DNA of 64,000 bases from an uncultured Clostridia bacterium (GTDB lineage: Bacteria; Bacillota; Clostridia; Christensenellales; DTU072): assembly GCA_944331875.1 (NCBI GenBank), contig CALVJA010000005.1, positions 24,134 through 88,133 of the forward strand. The letters are read 5' to 3'. Shown piece after piece: positions 28,067 to 37,931 of the stretch. Position 1 is the stretch's first letter; each line of letters starts with the position of its first letter. A program made the translations under genes and the position numbers. The notes beneath the pieces are model-generated. The model was not told the origin of the DNA, did no database searches, and worked only from the letters and a program-made list of their open reading frames with translations.

Positions 28067-29368
28067 TCATTTTCCGCGTCGGCGGCGGAAAAAGCAGAGA
28101 AAAAGGCGTTTGAATTTGTTTTCCCTTCGGGCGCCCTTCAGGTAATGCGTTTCCTTGATGAACGCGTCGAGCTTTGCCTGCATTGAACGAAGTACTCCCG
28201 AATACACGGGATCGTACAGGCGGTTTTCCGTTTCCGCGGGGTCGACGGCTTTGTCCAGGAGAAGCCACGCTACGCGCGCGCCTTCGGACTCCTTTTCGGC
28301 ATAGATATATCTTTCGTTCACGACGGCTGCGCCCTTCAACGATTCGCTTATCTCGATGTACAGACAGTCGTGCGCCCTTTTGCCGGAGAGCACATAAGGC
28401 ATCAGATCGCTGCCGCGGTACTCGGGCGGCGCGGGTATCCCCGCTAGTCCCAAAAGGGTGGGCGGCAGGTCGTAAAGGGAAACGGGCGCGTCGTATATTT
28501 TTCCGTGCGGCACGCCGTCGCCGAACAATATCATCGGGATATGCGTGGAAGCGGAGTGCGGCGAGCGTTTGTATTCGGAGTTACGGGTCATGAAATGACA
28601 GCCGTGGTCGGAAGAGTATACAAACACCGTCTTGCCGCCCGCGGCACGCGCGGCGGCGACTATGCGGGAGAGGTTTTCGTCCAAAGTCCTGCACAGCCCC
28701 AGGTAGTCCGCGTAGTTTTCGGGCGCGTTGCCCTTGAGCTTAAGATCCGCCGGTAGGGGTGCCGTTTTGAACATTTCGGATACCCGTTCTTCGCATTCGA
28801 ATTTACCGGTAGTGTTTTGGTGGTGCGGCTCCAGATACGATATCATCAAAAAATACGGCTTGTCGTGGGGGCGCGATATGTACTCCAAGGCATGATCCGT
28901 ATACGCCTTTACGCGCCCGTTTTCGAAGGGGTGCGGAGTGCCGTCCGCCTCCCACAGAACGCCCCGTTTGCCGTCGGAGGAAAACTCCGGTAGATCCGCC
29001 GCGAGCGTGAAGTCGTAGCCGTAGATCTTACCGGATGGTATTGGGGTGTCGCGGTATTGAAGACCCTCGGAGGCAAGGTGCCATTTGCCGATATACGCCG
29101 TTTCGTATCCCGCGTCCGAAAAGTATTTCCCGAGCGTGCGCGTTTCGCTTAGAGGTATGCCGTTTATCTCGTTTCCCGCGTCGGAAGCGTACATGCCCGT
29201 CTGAAGTACTGCGCGCGCGGGGCCGCACAGCGGCTGCGCGGTGTGCGCCTCGGTAAAACGCACTCCCTCCTCGGAGTATGCGTAAAGGGCGGGAGTCACC
29301 TCCCTTGTCACGGTGTCCGCGCGCTGTTGGTCGCTGAAGATAAATATGATATTCGGTCTAACATCCAT
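28067..29368 (-). CDS. Sulfatase (Cys-type formylglycine motif)
   Basis: 433 aa with N-terminal PNIIFIFSDQQRAD and the C-x-P-x-R motif in PLCGPARAVLQTG. No signal peptide is visible. Confidence 0.8.
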   Translation of the reverse strand: MDVRPNIIFIFSDQQRADTVTREVTPALYAYSEEGVRFTEAHTAQPLCGPARAVLQTGMYASDAGNEINGIPLSETRTLGKYFSDAGYETAYIGKWHLASEGLQYRDTPIPSGKIYGYDFTLAADLPEFSSDGKRGVLWEADGTPHPFENGRVKAYTDHALEYISRPHDKPYFLMISYLEPHHQNTTGKFECEERVSEMFKTAPLPADLKLKGNAPENYADYLGLCRTLDENLSRIVAAARAAGGKTVFVYSSDHGCHFMTRNSEYKRSPHSASTHIPMILFGDGVPHGKIYDAPVSLYDLPPTLLGLAGIPAPPEYRGSDLMPYVLSGKRAHDCLYIEISESLKGAAVVNERYIYAEKESEGARVAWLLLDKAVDPAETENRLYDPVYSGVLRSMQAKLDAFIKETHYLKGARRENKFKRLFLCFFRRRRGK

Positions 29369-29445
29369 ACCGAAAGTTTATCAAAAAACAGCGAAAGGGT
29401 CAATAGCGTTTGCTATATAGTTTGCGCGCGTGATATACTAAGCTC

Positions 29446-30168
29446 ATGAACAGAGCACAGACTTTTGGTGGCAGAGCGGCGCTTACGGCTGTGGCGCTTG
29501 TCGTTTTATTATATTTCGTGACCGCGGCGGGCGCGATGTTTTCGCGCTTCAGAAACGGGTTCAGCATCTATCACGACGTCAAAGTCGCGGCGTTCGAGAG
29601 TGAGAACGAGTCCGCGGAAAAAGGCGGCGTGGTGTTCCTCGGCGACAGCATAACCGATTTTTGCGATCTGGAGCGCTGGTATCCCGGGCTCAACGCGTAT
29701 AACCGCGGCATAGCGGGCGACATGACCCTCGGAGTCATGCGCAGGATGGACTCCTCGGTATTCGACCTGGAACCGCGCCTTGTGGTCATGCTTATCGGAA
29801 TAAACGACCTCGCAAGGCATCAAAGCGTCGGGGACACCGCCGCAAACATCGCTTCGATAATATCAGAGATACGTTCCGCGCTCCCCGAGACCTATATCAT
29901 CGTACAGTCGGTGTATCCCGTAAATTCCGATTGGGGTACTGCGTACGCGGAGCGCGTGTCGCCGCTCGTTACGGAGCTGAACGCGCTGATATCCGCGGGC
30001 GCGGAGGCGGGCGGATACGTTTATGCGGACATATACCCCGTTTTGGACGACGGCACCGGACGGCTCATACGGGAGTACTCCTCCGACGGACTGCATCCGA
30101 ACGAGGCGGGTTACGCGGTCATATCCCGGGCGCTCATGCCCTATATAGAAGCCGCCGAAGCGGGATAA
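29446..30168 (+). CDS. SGNH/GDSL-family hydrolase, membrane-anchored or secreted
   Basis: 240 aa with an N-terminal hydrophobic segment, block I VVFLGDSITD, block III GINDL and block V DGLHPN. Confidence 0.8.
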   Translation: MNRAQTFGGRAALTAVALVVLLYFVTAAGAMFSRFRNGFSIYHDVKVAAFESENESAEKGGVVFLGDSITDFCDLERWYPGLNAYNRGIAGDMTLGVMRRMDSSVFDLEPRLVVMLIGINDLARHQSVGDTAANIASIISEIRSALPETYIIVQSVYPVNSDWGTAYAERVSPLVTELNALISAGAEAGGYVYADIYPVLDDGTGRLIREYSSDGLHPNEAGYAVISRALMPYIEAAEAG

Positions 30169-30187
30169 AGGAAAGCATACATAACGG

Positions 30188-30229
30188 ATATATTCACTTC
30201 TATTGAATATATCGCCGAAAATATTCAAT
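30188..30229. promoter_or_regulatory. Candidate ArgR/AhrC operator (ARG-box-like half-sites)
   Basis: ATATATTCA (30188-30196), TGAATATAT (30204-30212) and ATATTCAAT (30221-30229) form two overlapping inverted repeats built from TGAAT/ATTCA cores, just upstream of the argG promoter. Confidence 0.35.
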
Positions 30230-30247
30230 TTTACGGCGCGGATACAT

Positions 30248-30276
30248 TTGATTTATACAATCCTTTATATTATAAT
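30248..30276 (+). promoter_or_regulatory. Sigma-70-type promoter candidate for the arg/car operon
   Basis: TTGATT (30248-30253), 17-nt spacer, TATAAT (30271-30276). GGAGG RBS before ATG 30306. Confidence 0.55.
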
Positions 30277-30305
30277 GGGACACAACAAATGCGGAGGCAT
30301 CGATA

Positions 30306-31532
30306 ATGGATAAAAAGATCAAAAAAATAGTGCTTGCATATTCCGGCGGACTGGATACGTCCATAATCATTCCCTGGCTGAAGGAAAACTACGACGACCC
30401 CGAAATAATCGCGGTCAGCGGCGACGTCGGTCAGGGCACCGAGCTTGACGGACTCGAGGAAAAGGCGATAAAGACGGGCGCGTCGAAACTGTATGTACTG
30501 GACCTCAAAGAACAGTTCGTGACCGATTACGTCTTCCCCACGCTGAAAGCGGGCGCCAAATACGAGGAGTACCTTTTGGGCACCGCGTTCGCGCGTCCCA
30601 TCATCGCGAAGGGCATCGTCGATATCGCCCTGAAAGAGGGCGCCGACGCCATCTGCCACGGCTGCACGGGAAAGGGAAACGACCAGGTGCGTTTCGAGCT
30701 GACGATAAAAGCGTTTGCGCCGGGCATGAAGATAATCGCCCCGTGGCGTATATGGGACATAAAATCGAGGGAGGAGGAGATAGAGTACGCCGAAAAACAC
30801 AACGTACCGCTCAAGATAAACCGCGAGACCAACTACTCCAAGGACAAAAACCTGTGGCATCTGTCTCACGAGGGGCTCGACCTCGAGGATCCCGCGAACG
30901 AGCCGCAGTACGAAAAGAAGGGCTTTTTGGAGATGGGCGTGAGCCCCTTGGAAGCGCCCGATAAACCCACATACGTCACGATAGGCTTCGAAAAGGGCGT
31001 TCCCGTGACGGTGGACGGCGAAAAACTGAACCCCGTGGCGCTAGTCGAAAAGCTCAACAAGCTCGGCGGCGAGAACGGCATAGGACTATTGGACATCGTC
31101 GAGAACAGGCTGGTCGGCATGAAATCGAGGGGCGTATACGAGACCCCCGGCGGAGCGATACTCTACCGCGCGCACGAGATACTCGAAACGATATGCTTAG
31201 ACCGCGACACCGCGCATTATAAAGCAATAGTCGCTCAGCAATTTGCGGAGCAGGTGTACTTCGGCAAATGGTTCACGCCGCTGAGGGAAGCGCTCTCCGC
31301 GTTCGTCGACAAAACGCAGGAGACCGTGACCGGCGAAGTCAAACTCAAACTCTACAAGGGTAACATCATAAACGCGGGAGTCACCTCTCCGTACTCCCTG
31401 TATAACCCCGAATTTGCCACGTTCGACGAGGACGACGTGTACGATCAAAGCGATTCCGAGGGCTTCATAAACCTGTTCGGACTGCCGCTCACCGTGCGCG
31501 CCATAATGGAGAGTAAAACCAAAAAACAATAG
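30306..31532 (+). CDS. argG: Argininosuccinate synthase
   Basis: 408 aa with the [12 protein letters not shown]-binding motif and high overall family likeness. Confidence 0.95.
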   Translation: MDKKIKKIVLAYSGGLDTSIIIPWLKENYDDPEIIAVSGDVGQGTELDGLEEKAIKTGASKLYVLDLKEQFVTDYVFPTLKAGAKYEEYLLGTAFARPIIAKGIVDIALKEGADAICHGCTGKGNDQVRFELTIKAFAPGMKIIAPWRIWDIKSREEEIEYAEKHNVPLKINRETNYSKDKNLWHLSHEGLDLEDPANEPQYEKKGFLEMGVSPLEAPDKPTYVTIGFEKGVPVTVDGEKLNPVALVEKLNKLGGENGIGLLDIVENRLVGMKSRGVYETPGGAILYRAHEILETICLDRDTAHYKAIVAQQFAEQVYFGKWFTPLREALSAFVDKTQETVTGEVKLKLYKGNIINAGVTSPYSLYNPEFATFDEDDVYDQSDSEGFINLFGLPLTVRAIMESKTKKQ

Positions 31533-31564
31533 TATACGGTAGCTACAGCTACAAAAGGAGACAT

Positions 31565-32944
31565 ATGAGCGATCTTTGGTCGGCAAGGTTCAAAAAGGAA
31601 ACGGATAGGCTTTTGAAAAAGTTCAATTCCTCCATAAGCGTAGATTCTAAGATGTACGCGGAGGACATAGCGGGGAGCAAAGCGCACGCCGCGATGCTGA
31701 ACGAAAAGGGCATAATATCCGACCCGGACCTTGCCGCGATACGCTCGGGGCTTGACGGGATAAAAGCGGATATCGATTCCGGGAAACTTAAAATAGATCC
31801 CGAAGCGGAGGACATACATATGTTCATCGAGGGGGAGCTGACCAAAAGGATCGGCGAACCCGGGAAGCGCCTGCACACCGCCAGAAGCAGAAACGACCAG
31901 GTTGCAACGGACATACGCCTTTACCTTAAAAACCGCGCCGCGGAGTTGAAAGAAAAACTTTACGGTATGATAGAGGCGCTCTACAAAACGGCGGAGGGCG
32001 CCACCGACGCGGTGATGCCGGGGTACACCCACCTGCAGCGCGCGCAGCCGGTGACGATGGCGCACCATATGCTCGCGTACGCGTTCATGTTCATAAGGGA
32101 CTGCACGCGCCTTACGGACGCGGTGAAGAGGATGGATTTAAGCCCTTTGGGCTCCGCGGCGCTTGCCGGGACAACCTACGACATCGACAGGCACTTTACC
32201 GCCGAGGTCTTGGGATTCAGCGGAGTCGTTCAAAACTCGATGGACGGCGTGTCCGACCGCGATTTCGCGGCGGAGCTCGCGTTTACGTCTTCACTTATCA
32301 TGACGCACCTTAGCCGCCTAGCGGAGGAGATAATACTGTGGTGCTCGTGGGAGTTCAAGTTTATCGAACTCGACGACTCGTTCGCGACGGGCTCGAGCAT
32401 CATGCCCCAAAAGAAAAACCCCGACGTTGCGGAGCTGGTCAGGGGAAAAACGGGAAGAGTATACGGCGACCTTATTACGCTCCTCACGATGCTGAAAGGG
32501 CTTCCGCTCGCGTACAACAAGGATATGCAGGAGGACAAAGAGGCGGTCTTCGACGCCATAAAAACGGCGCGCGATTCGCTTGAGATATTCGCGCCCATGA
32601 TTCTCACGATGAAATTAAGGCGCGACAACATGCTTTTAGCCGCCAAGCGCGGATTCATAAACGCCACAGACATGGCGGACTACCTGACGAAAAAGGGGAT
32701 GCCTTTCCGCACCGCGTACAAGATAACCGGAGAACTCGTCGCCTACGCGCAGGATAAAGGCGCGGGGCTCGAGGACCTGCCGCTTGAGGAACTCAAGGAA
32801 AAGTGCGAACTTTTCGATACCGACGTATACGAGGCGATAGCCGTTAAAAACTGCCTCGAAAAGCGCGTATCCGAGGGCGGTCCCTCCGCCGCGGCGGTTG
32901 AGAAACAGCTTGACGCCGTAAAGGAGTTTTTAGACAATGTATAA
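31565..32944 (+). CDS. argH: Argininosuccinate lyase
   Basis: 459 aa with the fumarate-lyase signature GSSIMPQKKNPD. Confidence 0.95.
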   Translation: MSDLWSARFKKETDRLLKKFNSSISVDSKMYAEDIAGSKAHAAMLNEKGIISDPDLAAIRSGLDGIKADIDSGKLKIDPEAEDIHMFIEGELTKRIGEPGKRLHTARSRNDQVATDIRLYLKNRAAELKEKLYGMIEALYKTAEGATDAVMPGYTHLQRAQPVTMAHHMLAYAFMFIRDCTRLTDAVKRMDLSPLGSAALAGTTYDIDRHFTAEVLGFSGVVQNSMDGVSDRDFAAELAFTSSLIMTHLSRLAEEIILWCSWEFKFIELDDSFATGSSIMPQKKNPDVAELVRGKTGRVYGDLITLLTMLKGLPLAYNKDMQEDKEAVFDAIKTARDSLEIFAPMILTMKLRRDNMLLAAKRGFINATDMADYLTKKGMPFRTAYKITGELVAYAQDKGAGLEDLPLEELKEKCELFDTDVYEAIAVKNCLEKRVSEGGPSAAAVEKQLDAVKEFLDNV

Positions 32945-33851
32945 GGTATTCGTCGACGGCTGGCAGGGTACGACGGGGCTCAGGATAGCGGAGCGGCTCG
33001 CGGAAAGAGAGGACATCGAACCCGTCATTTTGGAGGACGCCGCGAGAAAAGATATCTTCAGGCGGCTCGAAGCGATGAAGTCTTCCGACATCACCGTATT
33101 GTGCCTTCCCGACGACGCGGCGCGCGAGATAGCAAGTTTGGCTCCCGATAAGGCGCGGATAATAGACGCTTCCACCGCGCACAGGACTTCTCCCGGGTGG
33201 GTATACGGTATGCCGGAGCTCGGCTTAGATCTCAGGGAAAAAATAGCCCTCGCAAAGCGCGTCGCGAATCCCGGCTGCCACGCCTCCGGCGTGACGGCGA
33301 TAATTTATCCGCTCATAAAAAGCGGAGTTTTGACTCCCGAAGCGCTTGTTTCGGCAACCTCGATAACGGGTTACAGCGGCGGGGGCAAAAAGATGATAGC
33401 GGAATACGAAGAAAAAAATTATATGTATCCGCGCCCCTATTCGCCGGGACAAAACCACAAGCATCTGGCGGAGATAACATATGTAACGGGGCTTAAAAAC
33501 GCCCCCGTATTCGTCCCCGTCGTAGCCCCATTTTATTCGGGGATGATGGTGACTGTACCGCTTCATATCTCCGAACTGAACGGCATCGATTCGCCCGAAA
33601 GGCTGAACGAGCTGTACTCCGATTTTTACGTGGGCGGCGTCATACGATCGGGAGAGATTTACGAAAACGGATTCGCTTCGGCGGGGATGCTCTCGGGAAG
33701 GGACGACATGATAATCTCCGTAAACGGCAACGGCGAAAGGCTGACGGTGACGGCGGTCTTCGACAACCTCGGCAAGGGCGCATCGGGCGCGTGCTTACAA
33801 AACATGAACATAATGCTCGGAATAAACGAAAGGACGGGACTTAATATATGA
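32937..33851 (+). CDS. argC: N-acetyl-gamma-glutamyl-phosphate reductase (short, type-2 form)
   Basis: 304 aa. N-terminus VFVDGWQGTTGLRI, active-site region ANPGCHASG. Overlaps the argH stop. Confidence 0.85.
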   Translation: MYKVFVDGWQGTTGLRIAERLAEREDIEPVILEDAARKDIFRRLEAMKSSDITVLCLPDDAAREIASLAPDKARIIDASTAHRTSPGWVYGMPELGLDLREKIALAKRVANPGCHASGVTAIIYPLIKSGVLTPEALVSATSITGYSGGGKKMIAEYEEKNYMYPRPYSPGQNHKHLAEITYVTGLKNAPVFVPVVAPFYSGMMVTVPLHISELNGIDSPERLNELYSDFYVGGVIRSGEIYENGFASAGMLSGRDDMIISVNGNGERLTVTAVFDNLGKGASGACLQNMNIMLGINERTGLNI

Positions 33852-35068
33852 TAATCACAACATACGACGACGGCGTGACTTTTCCCAAGGGCTTTACCGC
33901 TTCCGGAGTACACGCGGGCTTCAGAAAAAACAGAGCGAAACTCGATCTTGCGCTCATAATGGCGGAAAAAGCGGTGCCCGCCGCGGCGGTATATACGACT
34001 AATACAGTAAAAGGCGCGCCTCTCGTCGTTACGAAAAAACACTTGGAAAACGGTTACGCGCGCGCGATAATCGTAAATTCCGGCAACGCCAACACCTGTA
34101 ACGACAACGGCATAGAGATAGCGGAAAAGACCTGCTCCATTCTCGCCGACAAATGCGGCATGTCCGCAGACGACGTCATAGTCGCCTCGACCGGCGTCAT
34201 CGGGCAGAGGATGAGTATAGAGCCATTTGAAAAGGGGATACCGGAATTGGTCGATTCCCTTTCCGCCAGTGGCGGCGAAGACGCTATGCGGGCTATAATG
34301 ACTACGGACACCGTGCCGAAGCGCGCCGCAGCGGCAGCGATGATAAACGGGCGGCAGGTAAGGATCGGCGGCATCGCCAAAGGCTCCGGGATGATATGCC
34401 CGAATATGGCGACGCTTCTCGCGTTCGTCACCACCGACGCCGTGATATCCCCCGAGGCGCTGAAACGCGCGCTGGATATCGACGTCAAAAAATCGTTCAA
34501 CATGGTCACGATAGACGGCGACACCTCGACAAACGATATGTTCGCGATAATGGCTTCGGGCGCCGCCGGGAACGAGGAGATAAAGGCGGGCACGCCCGCG
34601 TTCATGCGCTTTGTAGAACTGCTCTCAAAAGTCACCGCGTCGCTTTGCAAGCAGATCGCCGCAGACGGAGAGGGCGCCACAAAGGCTATCGAATGCCGCA
34701 TAAAGGGAGCCCAAAACATCGATATAGCGAAGAAAGCCGCAAAGGCCGTAGCAGGCAGCGCGCTGGTGAAAGCCGCTATATTCGGCGCCGACGCGAACTG
34801 GGGCAGGGTGTTGTGCGCTCTCGGATATTCCGACGAAAAACTGAACGCGGACAAAGCGGACGTCACGTTCATATCCTCTGCGGGCGAGATAGCCGTCTGC
34901 CGCGGCGGATTCGGCGCGGACTTTTCGGAGGAAAAGGCGAAGGAGATACTTTCCGCGCGTGAAATTACGATAGACGTAGACCTTCATTCGGGAGAAGCCG
35001 TGGCCACGGCGTGGGGGTGCGATCTGACGTACGACTACGTCAAAATAAACGGGGATTACCGTACCTGA
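33848..35068 (+). CDS. argJ: Bifunctional glutamate N-acetyltransferase / amino-acid acetyltransferase
   Basis: 406 aa with the autoprocessing site PNMATLLAFVTTDA. Confidence 0.95.
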   Translation: MIITTYDDGVTFPKGFTASGVHAGFRKNRAKLDLALIMAEKAVPAAAVYTTNTVKGAPLVVTKKHLENGYARAIIVNSGNANTCNDNGIEIAEKTCSILADKCGMSADDVIVASTGVIGQRMSIEPFEKGIPELVDSLSASGGEDAMRAIMTTDTVPKRAAAAAMINGRQVRIGGIAKGSGMICPNMATLLAFVTTDAVISPEALKRALDIDVKKSFNMVTIDGDTSTNDMFAIMASGAAGNEEIKAGTPAFMRFVELLSKVTASLCKQIAADGEGATKAIECRIKGAQNIDIAKKAAKAVAGSALVKAAIFGADANWGRVLCALGYSDEKLNADKADVTFISSAGEIAVCRGGFGADFSEEKAKEILSAREITIDVDLHSGEAVATAWGCDLTYDYVKINGDYRT

Positions 35069-35082
35069 AAAACGGAGGAGAT

Positions 35083-35934
35083 ATGAAACTGACAAATCAC
35101 GACAAAGCGGAAGTGCTGCTGCAGGCGCTTCCTTACATTACTAAATATGCCGGCGAGACGATAGTCATCAAATACGGCGGCAGCGCCATGACCGACGAGT
35201 CACTCAAAAAAAGCGTCGCGATGGATATCGCCTTGCTGCAAAGCACCGGCGTGAGGACCGTAGTCGTCCACGGCGGCGGACCCGAGATCAGCGAAACGCT
35301 GAAATCGATGGGGATACCGACGAAATTTTCGGGCGGGCTGCGCGTGACGGACGCCGCCACGATGAAAGTGGTGCAGATGGTGCTCGCGGGAAAGATAAAC
35401 AAAGACCTTGTCGCCCTTTTGGGCGGCGCGGGAGCCGAAGCGGTAGGGCTCAGCGGCGTGGACGGCGGCATGATAAAAGCAAAACCCCTAGGGAAAGAAA
35501 TGGGATTCGTCGGCGACGTCGAATCGGTGAACGTCAAACCCGTCACCGACCTATTGAACGCGGGATATATCCCGGTCATCGCCCCCGTGGGTATCGGCGA
35601 AGGCGGCGAGGTATACAACATAAACGCCGACACCGCCGCGGCGAGAGTCGCGGGCGCGCTGAAAGCGAAGTCGTTTTTGAACATGACGGACGAGCCGGGC
35701 ATATTGGAAGACCCCTCCGATCCCGCCTCGCTCATCCGCTCCGTCAGCGCCAGCGAAGCGAAGGAACTCATCTCCGACGGCATAGTCACTGGCGGTATGC
35801 TCCCCAAGGTAAACTGCTGCATAGACGCTATCCGACGCGGAGTGGACAAGGTATTTATAATTGACGGCAGGGAGCCGCATTCGCTCCTGATAGAGATGCT
35901 CTCCGACGAGGGCATCGGCACGATGTTTTATTGA
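35083..35934 (+). CDS. argB: Acetylglutamate kinase
   Basis: Start at ATG 35083 (GGAGGAG RBS). Contains IVIKYGGSAM and VVVHGGGPEI. Confidence 0.95.
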   Translation: MKLTNHDKAEVLLQALPYITKYAGETIVIKYGGSAMTDESLKKSVAMDIALLQSTGVRTVVVHGGGPEISETLKSMGIPTKFSGGLRVTDAATMKVVQMVLAGKINKDLVALLGGAGAEAVGLSGVDGGMIKAKPLGKEMGFVGDVESVNVKPVTDLLNAGYIPVIAPVGIGEGGEVYNINADTAAARVAGALKAKSFLNMTDEPGILEDPSDPASLIRSVSASEAKELISDGIVTGGMLPKVNCCIDAIRRGVDKVFIIDGREPHSLLIEMLSDEGIGTMFY

Positions 35935-35941
35935 GGTCGGT

Positions 35942-36856
35942 ATGAAACACTTATTGAAACTGATGGATCTCGGCGCAAAGGAGATAACGGATCTATTGAA
36001 TCTCGCGGACCAGCTGAAGTTCGAGAGGAAAAACGGCATAGAACATCCGCATCTGAAGGGTAAAACGCTCGGGATGATATTCACGAAAGCTTCCACCAGG
36101 ACGCGCGTTTCGTTCGAGGTGGGCATGTATCAGCTTGGCGGCAACGCGCTGTTTTTGAGCGGCGCCGATATGCAGATAGGAAGGGGCGAACCCGCCGAGG
36201 ACACCGCGAGGGTGCTGTCTAAATATCTTGACGGCATCATGATCAGGACCTTCAAGCAGGAAGAGGTCGAAAAGCTCGCCGCATTCGGAACGATACCCGT
36301 CATAAACGGGCTGACCGACTACTGCCACCCCTGCCAGGTGCTCGCGGACCTGATGACGATACGCGAGTTTTTAGGTTCTTTCCGCGGCAAGAAAGTGTGC
36401 TACGTCGGCGACGGCAACAACATGGCTAATTCCCTTATCGCCGGCTGCATAAAGATGGGTATGGATATAGCGATCGCTTGCCCTAAAGGCTATGAACCGG
36501 ATCCCGAACTCGTAAAATGGGGGCACGAACAGGGAAAACTCACGATAACCGACGACATAAAAGCGGCGGCGGAAAACGCCTCGGTGATGTACACGGACGT
36601 ATGGGCGAGCATGGGTCAGGAAGCGGAGAGGGAGAAGCGCATGAAGGACTTCGGGGGCTTCTGCATAGACTCAACGCTTATGAAATACGCCGCAAAAAAC
36701 GCAATAGTTCTGCACTGTCTTCCCGCGCACCGCGGCGAGGAGATCTCCGCCGAGATACTCGAAGCGCACGCGAAGGAAATATTCGAGCAGGCGGAAAACC
36801 GACTGCACGCCCAGAAAGCGGTGATGGTCGAGCTGATGGCGGATAAAAAAATCTGA
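35942..36856 (+). CDS. argF: Ornithine carbamoyltransferase
   Basis: 304 aa with STRTRVSFE, HPCQ and HCLPAHRGEE motifs. Confidence 0.9.
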   Translation: MKHLLKLMDLGAKEITDLLNLADQLKFERKNGIEHPHLKGKTLGMIFTKASTRTRVSFEVGMYQLGGNALFLSGADMQIGRGEPAEDTARVLSKYLDGIMIRTFKQEEVEKLAAFGTIPVINGLTDYCHPCQVLADLMTIREFLGSFRGKKVCYVGDGNNMANSLIAGCIKMGMDIAIACPKGYEPDPELVKWGHEQGKLTITDDIKAAAENASVMYTDVWASMGQEAEREKRMKDFGGFCIDSTLMKYAAKNAIVLHCLPAHRGEEISAEILEAHAKEIFEQAENRLHAQKAVMVELMADKKI

Positions 36857-36857
36857 T

Positions 36858-37931
36858 ATGCACAGATACATCGTACTCGAAAACGGAAAGGTATTCAAGG
36901 GACTCGCCTTCGGCGCCGAGGGAGACGCTCGGGGCGAGCTCGTCTTCACGACCGGTATGGTGGGATACGTAGAAACGCTGACTGACCCGTCGTATTACGG
37001 GCAGATCATCATGCAGACTTTCCCCGCTATCGGGAATTACGGCGTGATGTACGAGGATATGGAATCCGACCGCGCATATTGCCGCGCGTATGTGGTGAAC
37101 GATTACTGCCGCCACCCTTCGAATTTCAGAACGGATACGGATATAGATACGTTTTTGAAGGAGCAGGGTATCCCCGGCGTATACGGCGTGGACACCCGCG
37201 CGATAACGCGCGCCATCCGTTCCGAGGGCGTCATGAACGCGTATATAGTATCCGATCCCGGCGCGGTCGATATGTCGGCGCTCGCCGCCTACCGCATCGA
37301 AAACGCGGTAGAAAGCGTTACGCGCGGCAAAGAGGAGATATTCGAACCCGAAAAGGCGGAATACACCGTCGCTTTATTCGATTACGGCGCAAAACAGAAT
37401 ATAATCCGCTCGCTCGTAAAGCACAACGCGCGCGTGGTGTGCGTGCCTGCGGGCACCTCGGCAAAACGGATAAAAGACATCGCCCCGGACGGGATAATGC
37501 TCTCGAACGGTCCCGGCGACCCCGCCGAAAACAAGCGCGAAATAGGCGTTATCGCCTCTTTGTTCGGATATAAACCGATATTCGGGATATGCCTGGGGCA
37601 CCAGCTCGCGGCGCTTGCCGCGGGCGCGAAGACGGTGAAACTGAAATACGGTCACCGCGGCGCCAACCAACCCGTCAAACAGCTTGCGACGGGGCGCACG
37701 TTCATAACGAGCCAGAACCACGGCTACGCCGTCGATCCCGATTCCGTAAAGACGGGTAAGGTCAGCTATTTGAATGCGAACGACTTCACCTGCGAGGGGA
37801 TAGACTATCCCGAGTTCGGCGCAATGACGGTGCAGTTCCACCCCGAGGCCACCGCGGGTCCCACGGATATGCGCGGCTTGTTCGACGCGTTCACGGAAAT
37901 GATGAAAGGAGGTACCGATGCCTCTAGATAG
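36858..37931 (+). CDS. carA: Carbamoyl-phosphate synthase small (glutaminase) subunit
   Basis: 357 aa with the GATase triad region GICLGHQ and N-terminal LVFTTGMVGYVETLTDPSY. Confidence 0.95.
   Translation: MHRYIVLENGKVFKGLAFGAEGDARGELVFTTGMVGYVETLTDPSYYGQIIMQTFPAIGNYGVMYEDMESDRAYCRAYVVNDYCRHPSNFRTDTDIDTFLKEQGIPGVYGVDTRAITRAIRSEGVMNAYIVSDPGAVDMSALAAYRIENAVESVTRGKEEIFEPEKAEYTVALFDYGAKQNIIRSLVKHNARVVCVPAGTSAKRIKDIAPDGIMLSNGPGDPAENKREIGVIASLFGYKPIFGICLGHQLAALAAGAKTVKLKYGHRGANQPVKQLATGRTFITSQNHGYAVDPDSVKTGKVSYLNANDFTCEGIDYPEFGAMTVQFHPEATAGPTDMRGLFDAFTEMMKGGTDASR

Noticed and set aside
28067-29368. Secreted arylsulfatase
   Set aside because: The N-terminus starts directly with the catalytic-domain motif (MDVRPNIIFIFSDQQRAD) with no signal peptide, so it is treated as cytoplasmic.
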